Shown piece after piece: positions 49,675-60,052 of a stretch of 64,000 nt of DNA (positions are counted from its first letter, which is position 1; each line of letters opens with the position of its first letter). Made by a program: the position numbers and the translations under genes. The notes below the pieces were generated by a model. It worked only from the letters and a program-made list of their open reading frames with translations. It did no database searches and had not been told where the DNA came from. The stretch covers positions 62,001-126,000 of IMG/VR virus record IMGVR_UViG_3300035698_018317. One strand, given 5' to 3'.

Positions 49675-50871
49675 TTATTTTAAAACTTCCGAAAATATTA
49701 TTGCTATTCCTTTTTCTTCCAAATCTTTTGCTAGTTCAAATGTCCACTGTGTGTTACAAACCGATTTGTACACTAAGGGGCATAATTCCTTGGAAAATAA
49801 AACATTTTTGTAACTTAAAGTATTTTTTACTTCATAGGAGGAAAATACTTCAAAAGAAGATTGTCCATCATCTGCACCTGTTACTACCGATGTTGGGAAC
49901 AGTTTATGCAAATCTAATAAAATTTGAAACCAATTTTCTTTACTTTCTTGCACATCTTGCAACCACACGATTAAATCGCAACTTTCTGAAAGTAAATCAA
50001 TGGCTTTTTTAAATATTATATTTGGATTTTCTTCTTGTATTATATGAGTTTCTATTTCGGAAAATTGATGTGCATATTTTTCTGTCGTTACCACAACATC
50101 TACTGGCGGTGGGGAGACTACTTTAGACATACAAATTAACCCTATTTTATCAATATTTTTTTTGACTTTATCGGTCGAATAATAATTTTTTAGTTTAGGG
50201 TTAATTCGGGGGAATCCCTGTTTCCTTCTTGCGTTGTAATTTATGTTATCCTGATTAAAAAATGTATCATTTCTTTTAAGTAGTTTATCAGCACCCCCTA
50301 TGACATCAATCCATTTATGGACAATTATGATTTCATCAATATATTTAACAGTTCCCATTATCCTTGTGATATCTGTATATTCGTTATCACACCATAACGA
50401 AATATAAGAAGGGTGATAAATATATCCGAAATAATCATACATTTTTTTGTTCATTATTGACAACGTATTTAACGCATTGCCCACCCGCCCATCATTATAA
50501 TGTAATGCCCCAAATTGGTCATATCCAAAATGTTTTTCCATATCTCTTATTACAATTTTGTCATAATCTCGTTTTGCCGGAATCATATCATCAGATATTA
50601 GGAATAAAATTTTGAATTCTTGGCCGGACAAATTAGAATTAACAGCAGATATTTTAGTTTGAATTGGGGGGTTAAAGTGCAACTCGGTATTTGGGATATC
50701 TTTTATTTTTTTTATCATAGCCGGATTATTCATGGACTCATCATCAGCGTCGCAAGAAATTAAGAATTTATAACTATAATCTCCCGATAAAAAATCACAA
50801 TAAATCCCCAGTGTTTTTAAGAACAGTTCGGGTCTCGACCTTGTTGGATATTTAAAAAGTATATCAACCAT
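49675..50871 (-). CDS. GT2-like glycosyltransferase fused to a degenerate second GT-A domain
   Basis: PTRSRP, ISDDM, WCDNE; C-terminal half resembles 52378..53016. Confidence 0.7.
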   Translation of the reverse strand: MVDILFKYPTRSRPELFLKTLGIYCDFLSGDYSYKFLISCDADDESMNNPAMIKKIKDIPNTELHFNPPIQTKISAVNSNLSGQEFKILFLISDDMIPAKRDYDKIVIRDMEKHFGYDQFGALHYNDGRVGNALNTLSIMNKKMYDYFGYIYHPSYISLWCDNEYTDITRIMGTVKYIDEIIIVHKWIDVIGGADKLLKRNDTFFNQDNINYNARRKQGFPRINPKLKNYYSTDKVKKNIDKIGLICMSKVVSPPPVDVVVTTEKYAHQFSEIETHIIQEENPNIIFKKAIDLLSESCDLIVWLQDVQESKENWFQILLDLHKLFPTSVVTGADDGQSSFEVFSSYEVKNTLSYKNVLFSKELCPLVYKSVCNTQWTFELAKDLEEKGIAIIFSEVLK

Positions 50872-50877
50872 AGTAAC

Positions 50878-51411
50878 CTATTTTCTATATATATAGTAGT
50901 AAATAGGCTCTGTTATAAATTCTTCTTTTTTCAACAAAGGATAAACGCCATCAGAAAAATCACGGTCTTCGCCATGATTTTTCTTCGGAAAGCCAACTTT
51001 TAACGCCAATTCTCTTTTAATCGGGTTTAAGTGATTGGGGCTTCTATAAAAGATTCCATTCTTTTCAAACCAGCCTTTATATTCAATAGAGTGTATGAAA
51101 GTTCGAGGGGATTCTCCATTGGTGGTCATGACTCCATTTATACCCACGCAATCTGGCCCAGATTTTATAGCATTTAATATGTTCGATATATAATTTGGTG
51201 ATACCAAATCATCATCATCTACAAAAGAAACATAATCACCAATAGCTTGTCTAAGAAGTTCGTTTCTTTTTGTGCCTATATCTTTTTCCCCATTATCTAT
51301 ATTGAACAATATTTCTATATCGGGCTGTCTTTGTTGTTCCAGAACGTCTAAAAGTCTATCGGCTACCTGCCACCTATTCTCCAAAGACACAATTAAAATT
51401 GATAATTTCAA
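50878..51411 (-). CDS. GT2 glycosyltransferase
   Basis: IGTKRN, FVDDDD, HGED. Confidence 0.85.
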   Translation of the reverse strand: MKLSILIVSLENRWQVADRLLDVLEQQRQPDIEILFNIDNGEKDIGTKRNELLRQAIGDYVSFVDDDDLVSPNYISNILNAIKSGPDCVGINGVMTTNGESPRTFIHSIEYKGWFEKNGIFYRSPNHLNPIKRELALKVGFPKKNHGEDRDFSDGVYPLLKKEEFITEPIYYYIYRK

Positions 51412-51420
51412 GGATAACTC

Positions 51421-52347
51421 CTATTCGGCCCAATCATCTCTGACTTTAGTAATATGTTTTTTTCCACTAAGAGTAAGGAATTGCAGCCATGTGGAAAACG
51501 AATTATTCACGGTGTATATATTTTGTGCTTTTTCAGCGACTTTACTCCAATCAAGAATGGTAAAATTAGAAATTTTTTCCATATAAATAGTTTTAATATT
51601 CTTTTCAAACTCTAGAGCGGTCTTGTCAAAACCATAATGGTAATACTCATTCACTAGATTAAATTTTTCATCTTCTTCTAAGCCAAGGATATTAGTAAAC
51701 AATTTGGATTCAGATTCTTTATCTCTTATCCAAGTAGAATTTTTATAAGTGGATGGAGGCATATTCCACAACTTATAAATGCTTTCTAGATAATCTAATT
51801 CTCCTTCAATGATGGAGGGTGCGTGTTGAATTGGAATTTCTAGTATGCCTTTTTTATTAACAAAGTTTTTACTGTCATCAGTTTTCAAATAATCAGTATT
51901 GATAAAAGTAATATAATCGGAGTGCTTATTTAAATCTGTTAAGTTATATGAAACTGGCCATATAATCTTATAACCAAGTTCTTTATAATATCTGGCTATT
52001 GGTTCTGAGAACAATATAGTTCTTAAACTTTTTGTGCAATTAAAAATGCATAGTCTGCCGGTGTTTAATTTCTCTACGTCCATTCTTGCAACTACATCTG
52101 TCTCAGAGTAAATGTTATGAATTTCTTTTAGGATTACGACTGGCGTTGGGGGAGTTGCCTGATTTCTTTTTTTTACTTTTGCTTTTGCCGTTCTTACCAT
52201 GGGTTCTCTAACCTTAACCTTCCTGTTATTTTGCTTTTTGCCAAATATCTTTTTTAGCTTGTCCGATGATATCCCTCTTTGTCCAGCGAAGACATTTCGA
52301 TTGGCGTTTATTCTTGTTGCTTTTTGATTTCTCGTATTTCTTGCCAT
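51421..52347 (-). CDS. Putative glycosyltransferase-like protein with basic MARNTRNQKATR leader
   Basis: ILFSEPIARYY..GYKIIWP; paralogue of 53675..54700. Confidence 0.55.
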   Translation of the reverse strand: MARNTRNQKATRINANRNVFAGQRGISSDKLKKIFGKKQNNRKVKVREPMVRTAKAKVKKRNQATPPTPVVILKEIHNIYSETDVVARMDVEKLNTGRLCIFNCTKSLRTILFSEPIARYYKELGYKIIWPVSYNLTDLNKHSDYITFINTDYLKTDDSKNFVNKKGILEIPIQHAPSIIEGELDYLESIYKLWNMPPSTYKNSTWIRDKESESKLFTNILGLEEDEKFNLVNEYYHYGFDKTALEFEKNIKTIYMEKISNFTILDWSKVAEKAQNIYTVNNSFSTWLQFLTLSGKKHITKVRDDWAE

Positions 52348-52377
52348 AATATAATTCTATTCACTAATTTATCTAGT

Positions 52378-53016
52378 TTAAACATTAACCCACATGTCGC
52401 TTGTGTCAACATTGTTATGGCCCATAGAACTATCTTCTCCTATATGGGCAATCACGGATGGGGAAGAAGCAATCATCAATATTTTATCATTTGCTAACTT
52501 TTTAGAAACATCCCAATCCCATTGGCTATTATTTACTTGGGGTCGTAATTTAGGCCAAAGGTCTTTGTTAAACATTAAGTTGATTCCACCAATACTTCTT
52601 TTGGTATAATATGTTTCAAAGATTCCAGTGAATCTATGAGCAGCAGTGTTAAACCCAGTAACAACAGACCGAGGGAAGCAAGAATGTAGCTCAAACAATA
52701 TAGTAAGCCAATAAGGTTTCACTAAGGCATCCGGGTCTAGATTAATAAGAATATCAAAATCGTTTTCATAAAGATAATCAAACCCCTTCTTTATATTATA
52801 AGCTATTCCTCTATTTTTTTCATTTTCCAGCCTTACAATTGGAACATTCTCTATTTCGAAACTGTTGAATATGTTTAGAGTATCCTTATTTGTGCTGCAA
52901 TCATCCAAAAGAACAATGGTTAAATCATCTGGCAAGTAGCTATTTTTGATGCTATCAAGCGTCTTTTGAAGATACTCTGGTCTGTCAAATAAAGTTATTA
53001 ATAATCCTGTTTTCAT
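52378..53016 (-). CDS. GT2 glycosyltransferase
   Basis: FDRPEYL, LLDDCST, NRGIA, LDPDA. Confidence 0.82.
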   Translation of the reverse strand: MKTGLLITLFDRPEYLQKTLDSIKNSYLPDDLTIVLLDDCSTNKDTLNIFNSFEIENVPIVRLENEKNRGIAYNIKKGFDYLYENDFDILINLDPDALVKPYWLTILFELHSCFPRSVVTGFNTAAHRFTGIFETYYTKRSIGGINLMFNKDLWPKLRPQVNNSQWDWDVSKKLANDKILMIASSPSVIAHIGEDSSMGHNNVDTSDMWVNV

Positions 53017-53675
53017 TTTATCCTACTTTTATACAAAGAGAAATCCATTTGTCCGAATGTGGCTTCTAAACTAATGTCTCTCATTGCAATTCTTTTTCCA
53101 GTTAAATACATATCATTTAAATAATCAGTCCCAAGCCCTTCTTCATCAAGTATAGGTATGATTTTAGGGGTTTCTGAACAAACAATTTCACAATCAGGCA
53201 TATCGTTTTTCACACAATCTTCTAATTCTTCAAAAGAGGAAAAATCAGATAGAAGAATAGTTCTTCCTATTTCTTTTGTCTTAAATACTTGGCCATTTAA
53301 TTCTATAGGGTATCGCCAATTTCCTTTTTGTTTTTTTATTCTTATCGAAAGATAAGTATTATCTTCCAAGTCTTCTAAGCTAAAAGAGCTTCTAAACAGA
53401 TAAATATCGTGTAAAAAAATGGAGTAAGCAGAAGATGGGTTAATTACATCAAGAAGCTGTTCTTTTAAATTAGCTTTTCTTTTTTGTATTAAAATATTTG
53501 GATATAGGGACGATAAGATTTTAAACGAGTTATCAAATCTATTATTTGTCGCCTCATACAGAACAGTTATGGAATGAGATTTGTAATTGTAAAAATATTT
53601 TTCAATGCTCCTGAGAAGCAAATCAACTTGGCACGCCCTGTCTTTGGAAAGTATGATTAAGTTGAATTTTTTCAT
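53013..53675 (-). CDS. GT-A-like protein, degenerate
   Basis: IILSKDRACQVDLLLRSI; the DxD position appears as LHD. Confidence 0.5.
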   Translation of the reverse strand: MKKFNLIILSKDRACQVDLLLRSIEKYFYNYKSHSITVLYEATNNRFDNSFKILSSLYPNILIQKRKANLKEQLLDVINPSSAYSIFLHDIYLFRSSFSLEDLEDNTYLSIRIKKQKGNWRYPIELNGQVFKTKEIGRTILLSDFSSFEELEDCVKNDMPDCEIVCSETPKIIPILDEEGLGTDYLNDMYLTGKRIAMRDISLEATFGQMDFSLYKSRIK

Positions 53676-54700
53676 TATACATTATGGATTTTATATTTGC
53701 TTTTAAAAGGAACTTCTCCAAATGCATCTTCATTAGATTTAAGATGTAAATGAAGCTCCTTGTTCTTTAGGTTCAAGAGTTCAATCCAATACATAATAGC
53801 ACTAGGTGCTACATGTATTGTTGTGGCATTTTCTATTACTTTGCTCCAATCTAAAAGCGTAAAATTTGATATTTTTTCTACGTATACGTTTTTGAGGTCA
53901 TTGCCTGTTTCTATATCAATTCGCTTACTGAAATCTCTATTTAAAAACTCACTAACCAAATTGTATTTATCTCCGTCTTTAAGTCTAAGGATGCTAGAGA
54001 AAAGCTTGTCTTCTGCCTTTTCATCTCTTTTCCAACTGGATTCTTGCCATTTATTTATAGACATATTCCACAAATCATATTTACTTTTCATCTTGTGGTC
54101 TTCTGAAACCGCCTTTAGCTCATTAGAATATATTAAAGGAACAATTAGGGCATCTTGTATATTGAAAAAATCTTTATGCCCATAATTAAATTTCATAAGT
54201 TTTTTATCTATAAACGTAATATAATCAGAGTGTTTGTTCATTCCAGAATATACAGAATCTAATGGCCATATTACTTTATAACCAAGTTCGTGATAATATC
54301 GAGCTATTGGTTCTGAAAAAAGTATTTCCTTAATAGAAACTGGTTGATTAATATAGCAGATTCTATTGTGGTTTAAAGCTTCAATTCTCATTCGTTCTTC
54401 GACATCTGCCTTATCGTACACATGTAAAGGCTGAGCGGTTTCAAGTGCTTTGATTGTAGGTGTTGGTGTTTTTCTTTTTCTTGTATGACGAACCATTTCT
54501 TTATTCACTCCCTTTTTCAGGTGCTTTTTTTGTATTCTTTCCATCCTGTCAGCAGTGGATGTGGATGGGGTTCGGGCAGCATTTGGTTTAGAACCAAATA
54601 TCTTTCTTAATTTGTCCGATGATATTCCTTTTTGGCCTACGAAGACTTTTCTGTTGACATGTGCTCTGGTTGCTTTTTGATTTCTTGTATTTCTTGCCAT
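53675..54700 (-). CDS. Putative glycosyltransferase-like protein with basic MARNTRNQKATR leader
   Basis: Paralogue of 51421..52347. Confidence 0.55.
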   Translation of the reverse strand: MARNTRNQKATRAHVNRKVFVGQKGISSDKLRKIFGSKPNAARTPSTSTADRMERIQKKHLKKGVNKEMVRHTRKRKTPTPTIKALETAQPLHVYDKADVEERMRIEALNHNRICYINQPVSIKEILFSEPIARYYHELGYKVIWPLDSVYSGMNKHSDYITFIDKKLMKFNYGHKDFFNIQDALIVPLIYSNELKAVSEDHKMKSKYDLWNMSINKWQESSWKRDEKAEDKLFSSILRLKDGDKYNLVSEFLNRDFSKRIDIETGNDLKNVYVEKISNFTLLDWSKVIENATTIHVAPSAIMYWIELLNLKNKELHLHLKSNEDAFGEVPFKSKYKIHNV

Positions 54701-54710
54701 GACATTTATT

Positions 54711-55049
54711 CTATGCGGTTATACAATTTATTAACTTATTTTTATCTGCTGCTACGTTTTCCCAGTAATTTATAGCTAACTCTACAGCTTCGTCGTGCCA
54801 TATTAATTCGTTTTCAAGCCAAATGCCGTTAAACGTATCTTGATAATTGAGTATTGTATTGTTAGGATTTGGGTCAACTAAATTAATTTTCTTTATAGTA
54901 ACTTTTTCCAAATCTCCTCTTAATGCTCTCCCCAAAACATATGGTGAAGAGCCTACTGCAAAAGTACAAGAGTAATTTTGTATTAATTCTATCGTGTTAA
55001 CACAACCAAGTATTAATACCCCACCCGAGGCTGTATATGTAAAATTCAT
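54711..55049 (-). CDS. Hypothetical protein
   Basis: 112 aa ORF. Confidence 0.55.
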   Translation of the reverse strand: MNFTYTASGGVLILGCVNTIELIQNYSCTFAVGSSPYVLGRALRGDLEKVTIKKINLVDPNPNNTILNYQDTFNGIWLENELIWHDEAVELAINYWENVAADKNKLINCITA

Positions 55050-55267
55050 TGTAAATCCTCCAACCTATTTATTTTGCCTTGAATAACCACAAGCTCTTCT
55101 TCTATGGCGGCTGAAGAATAAACAGTTTCAACCACTAAAACACCACTATCCCCGTCTGCGACTGGTGTAAGAGAACTTAATCTATTCACTCTGCTTGTGG
55201 CTTCATTGATATCTAGTATTAATTCATCCACATTATATTCTGTTTTTACTTGTTTGATGCAGCCCAT
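55046..55267 (-). CDS. Hypothetical protein
   Basis: 73 aa ORF. Confidence 0.5.
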   Translation of the reverse strand: MGCIKQVKTEYNVDELILDINEATSRVNRLSSLTPVADGDSGVLVVETVYSSAAIEEELVVIQGKINRLEDLQ

Positions 55268-55322
55268 TTTATTCTCTCCATCTTATTTAGGTTAACAACA
55301 ATAAATAAGTTAGGAGCTTATT

Positions 55323-56267
55323 ATGAAAAACAAACAGAAGTGTTATCTTCCGCCTTATGTGGTTGACCCTATAATTTCTTTACTATCTGCTCAACAAAAA
55401 ATAGGTTGGAATATTACTGCTTTTAATCTTCCCAGTGCTTGGAAAGAAACAAGTGGAGAAGGAGTAAAAGTAGCTATAATTGATTCTGGTTGTGATTTAA
55501 ACCATCCAGATTTAAAAAGTAATTTATTAAAGGGCAAAAATTTTATCAACCCATCTCAACCGCCCAAAGATATGTGTGGACATGGTACTCATGTCGCTGG
55601 GACTATAGCGGCAGAGAACAACGAAATTGGCATGGTTGGAGTAGCGCCTAAATGTAAAATAATTCCCATAAAGGTTTTGGACGCTAATGGAAACGGCAAA
55701 ATGGAACATGTAGCCAAAGCCATACGTTGGGCAACAAATAATGGGGCAGATATCATTTCATTATCTTTAGGAGCGCCATCTAAATTACAACAAGTAAGAA
55801 AGGCTATTCAATATGCTGCACAGAAGGGAATACCTACTTTTTGTGCAGCGGGTAATGCAGGAAAAACGAAAGAGGTTTTTTATCCTGCGGCGTATCCAGA
55901 AACTATAGCAATTGGAAGTATTGATGAAAACTTCCAAAGGTCGTCTTTTTCAAATACAGGAAAAAATTTAGATTTCATGGCCCCCGGAGGTCAGATATTT
56001 TCTACATACCCACCCAATTGGTATTCAATATTATCTGGAACTTCTATGGCATGTCCTTTTGTTGTGGGTGTAGCTGCTTTATTGCTATCTTTCACAAGAA
56101 AAAATAATGTGTCTATATCATTAAAAACAGTTGAAGATTACAGAAAAATATTTAGACAGAATACTATTCCAGTGTCGAATAAAGAATATGCTGGAAATAA
56201 GTTCTTTCAAGGATTCGGCATCATAGACCCAAGAAAATTTGTAGAGTGGTGCAAAGATAACGCATAA
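55323..56267 (+). CDS. Subtilisin-like S8 serine protease
   Basis: IIDSG, HGTHVAG, AAGN, SGTSMACP. Confidence 0.95.
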   Translation: MKNKQKCYLPPYVVDPIISLLSAQQKIGWNITAFNLPSAWKETSGEGVKVAIIDSGCDLNHPDLKSNLLKGKNFINPSQPPKDMCGHGTHVAGTIAAENNEIGMVGVAPKCKIIPIKVLDANGNGKMEHVAKAIRWATNNGADIISLSLGAPSKLQQVRKAIQYAAQKGIPTFCAAGNAGKTKEVFYPAAYPETIAIGSIDENFQRSSFSNTGKNLDFMAPGGQIFSTYPPNWYSILSGTSMACPFVVGVAALLLSFTRKNNVSISLKTVEDYRKIFRQNTIPVSNKEYAGNKFFQGFGIIDPRKFVEWCKDNA

Positions 56268-56270
56268 ATA

Positions 56271-56891
56271 TTAATTGTCATTTATTAAATTTGTAATAAG
56301 GATGTCAATATTTTTAGATATTTCTTCTGCGGTTTCGAGGTGGTCGTGTGTTACGGCTATCTCAAGCTGATGCTCTAATTCTCTTTTTTTTGTTTCAGCT
56401 TCAGTTATTTTTTCTATTTTGATTTTCAACAAACTGGCTGTCTCGTAATCTTCTTTTTGTAAAGCATTTTGCAGTTCATATTGTATTTCATCTTTATATT
56501 CTTCAATGCTTTTTTTGTAAGGTTTTTTTTCTGATTTTTGAAGATTACCAAAAAATTCAAAACACTTTATGCATCCAACACCTTCGTTTGAAATTTCATC
56601 TAGCGTAGTTTGACAATTAGGGCACGCATTTTTGTTGTGACTTTTCTTTTGGGGTTCAGGTTCTTTTTCCAAAACATCCTTAAACAATTCAGAAAGCTTT
56701 AAAAATATGTCTTTAATAGAAGATGGAATATCATGTTGAGCTTCTATTTCTCCCATTTCTTCATCAACAAAGAAGGAGCCTGCACATTCTTCACAAAGAA
56801 AAAAAGATTGAGTTTCGCCATCAATTATTTCAGTTATATGATGACGTTTAGGCTTCCTGCATGGCTTTCCTGATAACGGGCATACTTCCAT
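56271..56891 (-). CDS. McsA-like protein (CxxC clusters plus UVR domains)
   Basis: CPLSGKPC, LCEECA, CPNC...GCIKC, UVR-like LQNALQKEDYETASLLK; probable ATG at 56891. Confidence 0.75.
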   Translation of the reverse strand: MEVCPLSGKPCRKPKRHHITEIIDGETQSFFLCEECAGSFFVDEEMGEIEAQHDIPSSIKDIFLKLSELFKDVLEKEPEPQKKSHNKNACPNCQTTLDEISNEGVGCIKCFEFFGNLQKSEKKPYKKSIEEYKDEIQYELQNALQKEDYETASLLKIKIEKITEAETKKRELEHQLEIAVTHDHLETAEEISKNIDILITNLINDN

Positions 56892-56938
56892 TCTATTTCC
56901 TTCTCTCAAACTATAATAGTTATCTTTAATAGAATATC

Positions 56939-57952
56939 TTAATATGTCTTAAACTCGCTTAAATCAACCACAGTTAAGATGTGTGTGCTGCCTAAAGAAA
57001 CCATAGCTGCACTAATCTCCGTCAACAACGTGTGAACAGCGGGTGCCCAAGATGTGCCATGAATTGTAGCCATCAATATAGCCTCATTATTGATAATCAT
57101 AAATTGAGGGTCGCTACTGTCACCACCAATAGTTTCCTCATAATACAACAAACGCTGAGCACCATTGGTTTGAGATATAGATGGGGCATTCCACCACACG
57201 TTTAAACCAGTAACGTTTCCATTAAACCTAAATATATTTCGTACAGTTACATGGTCCTCTTGGTCAAGACTCACCATAGGAGCACCATAATATTCATATG
57301 TATATTCAGGCTCAGTATAATTTTCAAAGTTAGCTGGTAAAACTTTAGCCGGGGTAACTGATGATGGTAAATCTGAATCCAATCGGCCCAAATATAAATC
57401 TGTGTTGGCAACTTGCAAACGGGCAGTCATTGTGCGAGTATGGATGCTACCGTCAGACCCAACAAAACGGAATGTATCGCCAACTTCATTCCACCAATCG
57501 CTGTGTAAATTTGCCATAAATATATCAGGTGTAATTGCTGTGGCACATCGCTGGCCCGGAACACCTCTACTTTGCCAAACACAATGAGATGTAAAATTAA
57601 CATCATCAAGCCAACATTCAGGACTCCTTACATAATTTGGAGTATTATTGTCAAGTACACTCCATAATGGTTTTTCGGCTTCAGGGTCGAGTCCTAATCG
57701 GTCATCGACCTGACTATGCATGTGGCTAAGCAAATCAAGAACGGGTTCTGGCTCTGGAATGATGTCAGGAACAGGTGCAGCGACAGGTGGAATTGGTTGA
57801 GACTCATTTCTATAAGTTGGAATTATCACAAGAAGTTTCGGCTGTTGACATATTGTAACAGCAGGCACCATTGCACCTTTAGTTAGTCCGGCATAAATTT
57901 CGGTAAATTGTGAATCTCCATCAGCATCTACATATTGACATGTTATACTCAT
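56939..57952 (-). CDS. Putative trypsin-fold serine protease (virion-associated?)
   Basis: AITPDIFMANLH, DLYLGRL and GGDSSDP align with the His/Asp/Ser triad. Confidence 0.5.
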   Translation of the reverse strand: MSITCQYVDADGDSQFTEIYAGLTKGAMVPAVTICQQPKLLVIIPTYRNESQPIPPVAAPVPDIIPEPEPVLDLLSHMHSQVDDRLGLDPEAEKPLWSVLDNNTPNYVRSPECWLDDVNFTSHCVWQSRGVPGQRCATAITPDIFMANLHSDWWNEVGDTFRFVGSDGSIHTRTMTARLQVANTDLYLGRLDSDLPSSVTPAKVLPANFENYTEPEYTYEYYGAPMVSLDQEDHVTVRNIFRFNGNVTGLNVWWNAPSISQTNGAQRLLYYEETIGGDSSDPQFMIINNEAILMATIHGTSWAPAVHTLLTEISAAMVSLGSTHILTVVDLSEFKTY

Positions 57953-57956
57953 AAAT

Positions 57957-58784
57957 TTAATCCCCGGTTAATCTCATAGTAAATCCATCATCCGTTACAG
58001 GTGTAGTCCCTTTAGTTACAACTCTTTTAAACCACACTGGAAAGCCGTCATCAGGAGATAATCTTCCAATAGGTACTATCTCGTCAATTGAGGTGGTAAA
58101 TTGAACGCCACTTGGTGCTGATTCCATAGATGGAACTAGTGGTGCAATGGCATTCATAGGTGAACCATTTTGTTTTTTTCTCATTGTTATCACAGGACTG
58201 TCACCAATCAGATTGTTTTCCTGTATATCAATTAAATCATAAAATCTATTGTCACCATCTACTACAAAACTAATTATAAAGACATAAGAAGTAGATGTAG
58301 AGGTTCCCGTTACTGTGATGTCACTATATCCATAAGTTGTACAACTTCGTAATGCGGCTTGGAAATTAGAAGCCCATATGTTGATATTAGCATTATATTG
58401 AACATTTTTAATTTGGTATAATGGACCTGAAACATGAGTCCCCGGACATAAAGTTGTAAAACTTCCCCCAGTTACCTCCCCTCTAATTATCATTTCTTGT
58501 ATGTCTGTAGCGTAATCTACGCCAAGATTAACAATGGCACCAGCAGGCTCTTTTGCAACTATTTGGAGTTTAGCATTTGTTAAATTATCAATGCCCTCAT
58601 TAAAAATGTAAATACATCTATAATCTGTATATCCTAAATCAACGTCATCTTGAGATACGTTGGAAAAAAGAGTTTCAGAATTAATTGGTTGAGAAGAAGG
58701 TTCCCCACCAAGAGACTCATCTGAATCTATATTAGATGAACCACCAGACAAAAACATATTAATGTCATTTGAAGTGACGGCCAT
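57957..58784 (-). CDS. Putative structural protein
   Basis: LSGG..N...SLGG, LFSNV, DYRCIY, VWFKR. Confidence 0.5.
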   Translation of the reverse strand: MAVTSNDINMFLSGGSSNIDSDESLGGEPSSQPINSETLFSNVSQDDVDLGYTDYRCIYIFNEGIDNLTNAKLQIVAKEPAGAIVNLGVDYATDIQEMIIRGEVTGGSFTTLCPGTHVSGPLYQIKNVQYNANINIWASNFQAALRSCTTYGYSDITVTGTSTSTSYVFIISFVVDGDNRFYDLIDIQENNLIGDSPVITMRKKQNGSPMNAIAPLVPSMESAPSGVQFTTSIDEIVPIGRLSPDDGFPVWFKRVVTKGTTPVTDDGFTMRLTGD

Positions 58785-59075
58785 TTATCTTTTGTTCCTA
58801 AGTATTTTTCTAATGTTTCTTTCCGTATAACCAGTTAATTGAGCAACTTGGTGTACAGGCAATCCAGAATCAACAAACATCAAAACGTTATGGTGGTTGG
58901 TGATTTGGCGATTAGGTGTTCGTCCTTCACGCTGCACAATACGATAAATATCTCCTACAGATTTTCTGGTTTTTTCAGAAATTTCCCTTATCGTCATTTC
59001 AGGATGAGAGAAGTATAGATTGATAATATCTCTAGGTCCGTATTCGCTATTTAAAAATTCTTTAAAGTCCATCAT
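58785..59075 (-). CDS. Double HTH protein with CTS-like start (MMDFKEFLNSE)
   Basis: TIREISEKT and HQVAQLTGYTERNIRKIL. Confidence 0.65.
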   Translation of the reverse strand: MMDFKEFLNSEYGPRDIINLYFSHPEMTIREISEKTRKSVGDIYRIVQREGRTPNRQITNHHNVLMFVDSGLPVHQVAQLTGYTERNIRKILRNKR

Positions 59076-59143
59076 GATATTTACTATACCTGATTGTTTT
59101 TTAGCCAGCATTTGTTAAAATGCTCGTGTTGAAGGAGTTATTT

Positions 59144-59989
59144 ATGAGCAAGAAGCTTAAGAAATCGGATGATAAAGCGGCTATAACATGGGTAAAGAAG
59201 CCGAAATACGGCCCTTTATCACAATCGTTTAGTCGAGGATTAGAGTTCTGTTTGGTTTCGGATAAAAACCATCAGTGTTCTCCGTTCATGTACTGTAAAG
59301 ACTACATACAGGATGCTTTGCACGGGGCTGTAAACTCGATGGACCGCAAAATTTATGGTTTTTCATATAGGGCCAAACAAAAATATCAGCCATCAATTAA
59401 AAAAGCCAAATTCTTGGTGGCAAATTCTGATGACGATTCTATGAAGGATAAAGTCCCCTGTTGTTTGGATTTCATCCATCAAATAGAAGAGCATCTAGGG
59501 ATAGATGAAAAAACAGAAATTTTGGAAGCCCTAGAGGTAACCGATAAAACTCCTGCTTGGTTGAAAAAATATTACAAGTGTGGCGTGTGGTCGGTAGAAG
59601 GAAATAGTCGTTGGATTATCAGCCCAGTAATGATTTCTCTTTATACCTTGTTGATTCGAGTCGGGTTTGCTCATAAGATTGGGAAAACGTTTCAAGACAC
59701 AATAAAAGATGTGATGACCGGAACGACACCACCTTATACAAATTGCGATAAGGGGCGACTAAAAAGTGCTGAGAAGGGTCTAGCAAAGATACTGAAGCGA
59801 GGGGATGGAAAAATATTTTTCAAAACCATGAAGGCAAATTATCCTAAAGATTTAACAATGGATGATGTACACAATCGTGGCGGCATATGCTCTTTCTCGA
59901 ATAAAACTACAGGGTCAGAGCCGCATGGAAAATTGATGAACACTTGGTTAAAAAGAGCAGGAAAAGCTGTTTTGAGTTTACAGGGATAG
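59144..59989 (+). CDS. Amidoligase-associated hypothetical protein; paralogue of 37433..38482
   Basis: FMYCKDYIQD, DFIHQIEEHL, SLYTLLIR; adjacent to the ligase gene. Confidence 0.6.
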   Translation: MSKKLKKSDDKAAITWVKKPKYGPLSQSFSRGLEFCLVSDKNHQCSPFMYCKDYIQDALHGAVNSMDRKIYGFSYRAKQKYQPSIKKAKFLVANSDDDSMKDKVPCCLDFIHQIEEHLGIDEKTEILEALEVTDKTPAWLKKYYKCGVWSVEGNSRWIISPVMISLYTLLIRVGFAHKIGKTFQDTIKDVMTGTTPPYTNCDKGRLKSAEKGLAKILKRGDGKIFFKTMKANYPKDLTMDDVHNRGGICSFSNKTTGSEPHGKLMNTWLKRAGKAVLSLQG

Positions 59990-60052
59990 AAAAAACTCCT
60001 ATAATAGAAAAGATGAGATGTCAGGAAAATTATTTTAAGAAGGAGTCTCAAA

